Assembly: GCA_035715025.1 (NCBI GenBank)
Contig: DASTLK010000464.1
Coordinates: 1 to 32,620, forward strand
From: Vicinamibacteria bacterium
Lineage (GTDB): Bacteria; Acidobacteriota; Vicinamibacteria; Fen-336
Length of the DNA stretch: 32,620 nucleotides
Direction: 5' to 3'
The translations under genes were made by a program, and so were the position numbers. Below the pieces are notes generated by a model, which saw nothing but the letters and a program-made list of their open reading frames with translations, searched no databases and was not told the DNA's origin. Positions 27,732 through 32,620 of this stretch are shown here, piece by piece; positions within the stretch are counted from its first letter, which is position 1; every line of letters starts with the position of its first letter.

Positions 27732-28987
27732 AGGTCCCGGACGCGCACGTTCCAGGCCAGGTTAGAGAGCGCGAGCAGCGCGAGAAGGGCGGCGAAGGCG
27801 CCCAGGACGCGCGGCGCGCCCAACGAGCGAACGAGCGCGCCCGCGATGAGCGCCCCCAGCGGAGTGCCGCTGCGAAAGGCCAGGCCGTAGATGCTGAGGA
27901 TGCGGCCCTTGAGGTCTCCGGGCGCGTTCTCCTGTACCAGCGAGTTCAGGGTGGAGAAGGCCGTCACCAGGCTCGCCCCCGCCACGAAGAGCAGGGCCAT
28001 GGACAGGATCTGGAAGCGCGAGGCCATGGCCGCGGTCACGGTGACGCCGTAGACGAGCAGCGCGGCCAGCATGGTGCGGCCGCGGCGGGGCACGTGTCCC
28101 CGGTGCGCCGTCGTCACCGCCCCCGCGATCGCGCCCGCGCCGAAGCTGGAGAGGAGCGCGCTGAAGCCCCCGACGCCGGTCTTGAGGACGTCACCCGCGA
28201 TCACGGGCAGGTACGTGATCAGCGGGAAGGCGAGCAGCGCGCCCGCGGCGCCGAGCAGGGTCAGGCTGGAGAGCAAGGGATCGTGGGCCACGTGGCGCAG
28301 GCCGGCGCGCAGGCTCTCGCCGAGGGTGCCCTTGGGCGCGGGCGCGGATGGCAGCTCGATCTGGATCACGGCCACGATCACGGCGAGGAAGCTGATCGCG
28401 TTCACGGCGAAGCAGGCGCCCGTTCCGGCGCGGGCCAGGAGCAGTCCGGCGATGGCCGGACCGATCGCGCGCGAGAGGTTGAACTGCAGCGAGTTCAGCG
28501 CCACCGCATTCGGGATCTGCCGGGGCGGCACCAGGCTCGTGATGACGGCCTGATAGGTCGGGGCCGACTGCGACTGGGTGAGGCCGGTGAGGGCCGCGAT
28601 CACGAGGATGGGGATGATGCCCAGGTTTCCCGTCGCGTAGAGGAGGCCGAGGGCGGCGGCCAGCGCCATCTGGAGGACGTTCGAGATGATCAGGATGCGC
28701 CGGCGGTCGACGCGATCGGCCACGGCGCCGCCCAGGAGCATGAAGGCCAGCAGCGGCGCGTCCGAGGCGAACGCGCGCAGGCCCAGGTAGAAGGGATCGT
28801 GCAGCCGGGTGAAGATGAGCCAGGCCAGGGCCACGTCCTGGGTCCAGGTCCCGATGCTGCTGAGGAACGCGCCCGTCCAGATGAGGCGGAAGTTGCGGTA
28901 CGCGAAGGCGGACAGGAAGGCGGGCAGCGCGATCCCGGCAAGTCTCGGCGCCGGCTCGGCCGTGAGGGGAGGGGCGTTCTCGGTCAC
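27728..28987 (-). CDS. MFS transporter (MFS_3/EntS-like)
   Basis: The FRNFRLIWTGAFLSSIGTWTQDVALAWLIF N-terminal signature and about 12 TM helices. GTG at 28987 is preferred. The track ORF continues to GTG 29044 through the 30-bp tandem repeat. Confidence 0.85.
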   Translation of the reverse strand: MTENAPPLTAEPAPRLAGIALPAFLSAFAYRNFRLIWTGAFLSSIGTWTQDVALAWLIFTRLHDPFYLGLRAFASDAPLLAFMLLGGAVADRVDRRRILIISNVLQMALAAALGLLYATGNLGIIPILVIAALTGLTQSQSAPTYQAVITSLVPPRQIPNAVALNSLQFNLSRAIGPAIAGLLLARAGTGACFAVNAISFLAVIVAVIQIELPSAPAPKGTLGESLRAGLRHVAHDPLLSSLTLLGAAGALLAFPLITYLPVIAGDVLKTGVGGFSALLSSFGAGAIAGAVTTAHRGHVPRRGRTMLAALLVYGVTVTAAMASRFQILSMALLFVAGASLVTAFSTLNSLVQENAPGDLKGRILSIYGLAFRSGTPLGALIAGALVRSLGAPRVLGAFAALLALLALSNLAWNVRVRDL

Positions 28988-29047
28988 GTAGCCACGCCGC
29001 CCGATGGTGGCCACAGTGTAGCCACGCAGCCCGATGGTGGCCACAGT
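28988..29047. repeat. Tandem duplication, 2 x 30 bp with 1 mismatch, carrying four GTGGCYAC boxes
   Basis: Plus-strand units GTAGCCACGCCGCCCGATGGTGGCCACAGT (28988-29017) and GTAGCCACGCAGCCCGATGGTGGCCACAGT (29018-29047). Confidence 0.95.
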
Positions 29048-29051
29048 GCTC

Positions 29052-29900
29052 TCACTTCAGGTTCCAGCCCTCCAGCTCCTTCCGCGCCGCCGCGTCGTTG
29101 ACGTCGATGCGAAGGGGCGTCACCGCGATGTAGCCGTGTCCGACCGCACCCGCATCGTCGTCGAGCCCCTCGGACGTGGGCTCCGTCCACGCGTTCCAGA
29201 AGTACGTCTCCTTGCGCGGATTCACGCCCTTCTCGTACGAGTTCACGCCCTCCGTCAGCGCATGCGGCACGATCTTCACGCCCTTGATCTCGCCGGGGGG
29301 GATGTTCACGCTCAGGAACGTGCCGCGCGGGACGCCCCGTCGCAGGACGTCGGCGGCCAACCGGCCCACGAAAGCCGCGCCCGGTCCGTAGTCCATCCCC
29401 GGACTGATGACCTGGCTGGCCGCGATGCTGGGAATGCCGTCGAAGGCGGCCTCGCGCGCCGCGCCCAGGGTGCCCGACATGTAGACGACGTAGCCCGTGT
29501 TCTCCCCCCGGTTGATCCCGGACACCACGAGGTCGGGCCTCTCCGGGAGCAGGCGGCTCAAAGCGAGGCGCACGCAGGTCGCGGGCCGGGCCGCGATGCG
29601 ATACCACTTCCCCGCCGGCGCCTCCGTCTTCACCAGGGGCTCGATCTCACGCATCATGATCGCCTCGGCGTAGGTAATCCCGTGCCCCACGCCGCTCTGG
29701 TTCTCCGCGGGCGCGGCCACCGTCACGTCGCCGACCTTCACCAGCTCCGCGTAGACGGCGAGCAGGCCGGCGGCGGCGATCCCGTCGTCGTCGGACAGCA
29801 GGATGCGCGGCCGGCGCTCCTCCGCTCCCACGATCGACGCCAGCGCCAAGGCCACGGCCAGCGCGCCCAGCCAGGCGCGCACGGGTCCCGGTCGTCTCAT
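29052..29900 (-). CDS. surE: 5'/3'-nucleotidase SurE with an N-terminal signal-peptide-like extension
   Basis: RILLSDDDGIAAAGL, VVSGINRGENTGYVVYMSGTLGAAREAA and the C-terminal YIAVTPL are SurE signatures. About 30 extra N-terminal residues (MRRPGPVRAWLGALAVALALASIVGA/EE). AAGGGAG RBS upstream. Confidence 0.88.
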   Translation of the reverse strand: MRRPGPVRAWLGALAVALALASIVGAEERRPRILLSDDDGIAAAGLLAVYAELVKVGDVTVAAPAENQSGVGHGITYAEAIMMREIEPLVKTEAPAGKWYRIAARPATCVRLALSRLLPERPDLVVSGINRGENTGYVVYMSGTLGAAREAAFDGIPSIAASQVISPGMDYGPGAAFVGRLAADVLRRGVPRGTFLSVNIPPGEIKGVKIVPHALTEGVNSYEKGVNPRKETYFWNAWTEPTSEGLDDDAGAVGHGYIAVTPLRIDVNDAAARKELEGWNLK

Positions 29901-29927
29901 CGGAGTCGCTCCCTTCTATACTTTCCC

Positions 29928-30224
29928 GTGCCCTTCCCGTGCCCCGGTTGCCAGGCGGCCATCGACCGCAGCCCCGAGTCCTGGGCCCTGCGCTGCCCCG
30001 CCTGCGGGCGCGTGATCCGCGCCCGCGCCACAGACGCCGTCTCCGGGGACGTCCGCGCGTACGAAGTCGAGATCACGGGACGGCCGGAGACGCGCCGGCG
30101 GATCGAGGTTCCCTGGACGGACCAGGACGCGGCGCGCCTGCGGCAATGGCTGGTATGGTCGACGGTGCTCACGCTGGCCCTGGTGGCGGTCCTCTTCGCG
30201 GCCGCGCGCTGGGCCCGCTCCTAG
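29928..30224 (+). CDS. Small zinc-ribbon protein with a C-terminal TM helix (about 98 aa), hypothetical
   Basis: CPGC-x16-CPAC followed by ..LVWSTVLTLALVAVLFAAARWA. Very high GC3. There is no ATG in frame; GTG 29928 is the first plausible start (TATACT lies 5 nt upstream). This is the real part of track ORF 29034-30224. Confidence 0.5.
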   Translation: MPFPCPGCQAAIDRSPESWALRCPACGRVIRARATDAVSGDVRAYEVEITGRPETRRRIEVPWTDQDAARLRQWLVWSTVLTLALVAVLFAAARWARS

Positions 30225-30334
30225 CGCTTCGGCGCGGGCTTCTTGGCGGCGGCGATGGCCGCCTTCTTGCGGGCCTTCTTGGCCTTCTCCTTACGCTTCC
30301 GGCGGCGCCGGATCTCCTTCATGCGCTCGATCAT
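30221..30334 (-). CDS. Unannotated 37-aa polybasic ORF (MIERMKEIRRRRKRKEKAKKARKKAAIAAAKKPAPKR)
   Basis: Too short for the ORF track. The ATG at 30334 is preceded by GAGGAGAG 9 nt upstream. 36 of 37 sense codons end in G/C. Its stop overlaps the stop of the convergent zinc-ribbon gene (CTAG). Confidence 0.45.
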   Translation of the reverse strand: MIERMKEIRRRRKRKEKAKKARKKAAIAAAKKPAPKR

Positions 30335-30399
30335 GCTTGCTTGTCTCTCCTCGTGTGGCGGACCGACCATTCTAGTCCTGGCCACGTGCTTTGTGCGCA

Positions 30400-30428
30400 T
30401 TGTCGGCCTCCCCGGCGTGGGCTATCAT
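30400..30428 (+). promoter_or_regulatory. Candidate sigma70-like promoter TTGTCG-17 nt-TATCAT upstream of the hybrid kinase
   Basis: Hexamers at 30400-30405 and 30423-30428. It would give a 5'UTR of roughly 60 nt. Confidence 0.25.
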
Positions 30429-30497
30429 CGTTTCACCGCCGCGAGAACCGCCCGGTACCTCCCCGCGTGGACGGTCCTTCCGAAGCGGATCCCTGAC

Positions 30498-32620
30498 ATG
30501 GCCCTCCGGCTCCGCAGCCTCAAGACCCGCACGGCGCTGGCCCTTTCCTCCGTGATCGTGGCCCTCCTCGTCTTCAACGGCGTCTACATGATCCTCATCA
30601 AGTGGCAGGAGCTGCGCAAAGGGATCGAGCAGGATGCCGTCTCGTTCGCGCGCCTCACGCGGGTCCCGATCGCCTCCGCCTTCCTGAGCTTCCGCGCGTA
30701 CGACTTTCCCAAGTTCCGCGAGATCGTTCGCGGCCTGCTGGCCATGGACCGCGACGTCGCGAAGATACTCATCGTCAACGACTACGGGCAGGTGCTGTTC
30801 GACTCCGCCGAGCTCGATCAGGTCGGCCGCACGCCGGCGCCGCTGACGCCCCCGCTGCTCGCGGAACCGGAGCGGATGGCGGCGGCGGCCAGCCACGCGG
30901 AGGCCGTCCTCCCCGGGCGCAACGCCCGCGGCGAGCAGACGCTGGAGATCTTCGCGCCCTACGATCAAGACGGTGCGGGGCCCCGCCTGTCCGTCGCCTA
31001 TCAGGTCTCGTACGGAAGGCTGCACTCGGACATCCGGCACCTCGTCTGGGCCACGGGCGGGCTGACCCTCGTCTCCATCGGCATCTCGCTGATCGTGGCC
31101 GTGGCCCTGGCGACCCGGATCACCAAGCCGCTCAAGGAGCTGACGGCGGGGGTCAAGGAGATCGCGCAGGGCCACTTCGACCGCCGGCTCGACATCCGCT
31201 CGAACGACGAGCTGCAGATCCTGGCCGAGAGCTTCAACGACATGACGGAGCAGCTCAAGCACAACGTGGAGCAGCTCGAGGAGTCGAACAAGAAGCTCGG
31301 CTCCGTCAACGAGGAGCTCAAGGAGCTGGACCGGATGAAGTCGGACCTCCTGGCCAACGTGAGCCACGAGCTGCGCACGCCCCTGACCGCGATCAAGGGG
31401 TACACCGACTACATCCTCGAGCGGAAGCTCGGTGCCATCACGGACAAGCAGGAGAAGGGGCTCGTCGTCGTGCAGCGCAACCTGGAACGGCTGTCCAAGT
31501 CGATCAATGCGCTGCTCGACTTCTCGCGCATGGACGTCGGCCGGATCGTCCTCAACATCCAGCCCTTCGCGCTGGCGCCGCTGGTGGAGCAGATCCACAC
31601 CACCGTGCGGTCGGAGCTGGAGAAGAAGGGCCTGACCCTGCAGACGCGCATCGACCCCGCGCTGCCCAGCGTGATCGCCGACCGCGAGAAGCTCTCCGCC
31701 GTGCTCGAGAACCTGGTCATCAACGCGATCAAGTTCACGCCGGAGGGCGGGCGCATCACCGTCTCCGCGAGTCGCGCCCTCGACGCCCGGCCGGGCGCGG
31801 AGATCACGGTGGCGGACACCGGCATCGGGATCCCGCCCGATCAGCTCGCACGCATCTTCAACCGGTTCCACCAGGTGGACACTTCGAGCACGCGCCGTTT
31901 CGGCGGCGTCGGCCTCGGTCTCGCCATCGTGAAGAGCATCCTGGAGGCCCACGATTCGTCGATCGAGGTGGAGAGCCGCGAGGGGAAGGGCACCGCCTTC
32001 CATTTCCGCCTGCCGGTGGTGGACCGCACGGAAGTCGCGCCGCCGGCCAGCCGTGTCGCCGATCGCGCGGAAGAGGGGCTCGTGCTCGTCGTGGATGACG
32101 ACCCCGAAGTGGTGCGCACCGTCCGGTCCTATCTGGAAGAGGAAGGCCTGTCCGTGCTCTCCGCCAGCACGGGCGCGGAAGGCGCCTCCCTGGCCGCCGA
32201 CCGCCATCCCGACGTGATCCTGCTGGACCTGCTCCTGCCCGACCAGAGCGGCCTGGAGCTGCTCCAGGTGCTCAAGCGCGATCCGGCCACCGCCCGCATC
32301 CCCGTGCTCGTCATCTCGATCATGAACGACGCGGTGAAGGGTCTCACCATGGGAGCGGCCGACTACCTGGTGAAGCCGGTGGACCGCGCGGCCGTGGTCC
32401 GGTCGGTGCAGAGGCTGCTGGACGGGCAGGGCGAGCCGGAGCCCATGGTCCTGGTGGTGGACGACGAGCACGACACGGCGGAGCTGATCCGGGATACGCT
32501 CCGCTCGGAAGGGCTGCGCACGCAGGTCGCCCATGACGGGCGCCAGGCCCTGGAGCTGATCGCACGGAAGAGGCCCGATCTCGTGATCCTCGACATCATG
32601 ATGCCGGAGATGAGCGGCTT
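30498..32620 (+). CDS. Hybrid sensor histidine kinase (TM-sensor-TM-HAMP-HisKA-HATPase_c-REC-REC), 3' end outside the window
   Basis: Hand-translated from ATG 30498 and open to the window end, hence absent from the track. TM1 ALALSSVIVALLVFNGVYMILI, TM2 GGLTLVSIGISLIVAVALA, HAMP ..ITKPLKELTAGVKEIAQGHFDRRL..ELQILAESFNDM, H-box LANVSHELRTPLTAIKGY, N-box LENLVINAIKFTPEGG, G-boxes DTGIGIP and GGVGLGLAIV. REC1 is LVLVVDDDPEV..DVILLDLLLPD..YLVKP. REC2 is MVLVVDDEHD..DLVILDIMMPEMSG. Confidence 0.9.
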   Translation, partial: MALRLRSLKTRTALALSSVIVALLVFNGVYMILIKWQELRKGIEQDAVSFARLTRVPIASAFLSFRAYDFPKFREIVRGLLAMDRDVAKILIVNDYGQVLFDSAELDQVGRTPAPLTPPLLAEPERMAAAASHAEAVLPGRNARGEQTLEIFAPYDQDGAGPRLSVAYQVSYGRLHSDIRHLVWATGGLTLVSIGISLIVAVALATRITKPLKELTAGVKEIAQGHFDRRLDIRSNDELQILAESFNDMTEQLKHNVEQLEESNKKLGSVNEELKELDRMKSDLLANVSHELRTPLTAIKGYTDYILERKLGAITDKQEKGLVVVQRNLERLSKSINALLDFSRMDVGRIVLNIQPFALAPLVEQIHTTVRSELEKKGLTLQTRIDPALPSVIADREKLSAVLENLVINAIKFTPEGGRITVSASRALDARPGAEITVADTGIGIPPDQLARIFNRFHQVDTSSTRRFGGVGLGLAIVKSILEAHDSSIEVESREGKGTAFHFRLPVVDRTEVAPPASRVADRAEEGLVLVVDDDPEVVRTVRSYLEEEGLSVLSASTGAEGASLAADRHPDVILLDLLLPDQSGLELLQVLKRDPATARIPVLVISIMNDAVKGLTMGAADYLVKPVDRAAVVRSVQRLLDGQGEPEPMVLVVDDEHDTAELIRDTLRSEGLRTQVAHDGRQALELIARKRPDLVILDIMMPEMSG

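Noticed and set aside
30602-32098. 498-aa plus-strand ORF over the histidine-kinase region.
   Set aside because: It is an Arg-rich out-of-frame translation. The true frame starts at ATG 30498, carries HAMP/HisKA/HATPase/REC motifs and runs off the window end.

Overview
Very GC-rich bacterial chromosomal segment. Third codon positions are almost all G/C, so many long Arg/Pro/Gly-rich ORFs in the track are shadow-frame artefacts. The content is mainly housekeeping and cell-envelope genes. I see no CRISPR array, transposase, integrase or recognisable defence genes, so I cannot point to a clear novel multi-gene system. Left to right: the tail of an RND efflux operon (permease fragment plus NodT lipoprotein); a secreted S51/cyanophycinase-like peptidase; an OmpR-type two-component system divergent from a secreted protein plus outer-membrane barrel pair; a polysaccharide deacetylase; the gcvT-gcvH-gcvP operon (minus strand); and an orphan PilB/GspE-like protein. 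A long minus-strand run follows, in transcription order: small basic ORF, surE, MFS transporter, GT-C-like membrane protein with discoidin domain, small zinc-ribbon ORF, second GT-C-like membrane protein, tRNA-Leu(GAG), hypothetical, M50 protease, trpS, scpA, scpB, a secreted Ser/Pro-linker protein, rluB, cmk, an RHH regulator and a tiny ORF. The window ends inside a hybrid histidine kinase with two receiver domains, which is open-ended and so missing from the ORF track. Most noteworthy observations: (1) the PilB/GspE-family protein has all ATPase motifs degenerate but keeps a tandem MshEN-type c-di-GMP-binding motif and carries an extra N-terminal Cys cluster; (2) GcvP lacks about 110-120 residues of its N-terminal half in frame; (3) a hexamer-periodic CCGTCT/CCGTCC element occurs in coding linkers, in a long intergenic hairpin and as a 25-nt exact repeat; (4) a 30-bp tandem duplication carries four GTGGCYAC boxes in front of the MFS gene; (5) three 11-bp-phased direct repeats lie next to the OmpR-type regulator; (6) an RHH gene has a triple-GTAC palindrome over its start codon; (7) two unannotated small genes converge on a shared CTAG stop. 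All functional calls come from motif recognition by eye. No database search was run.
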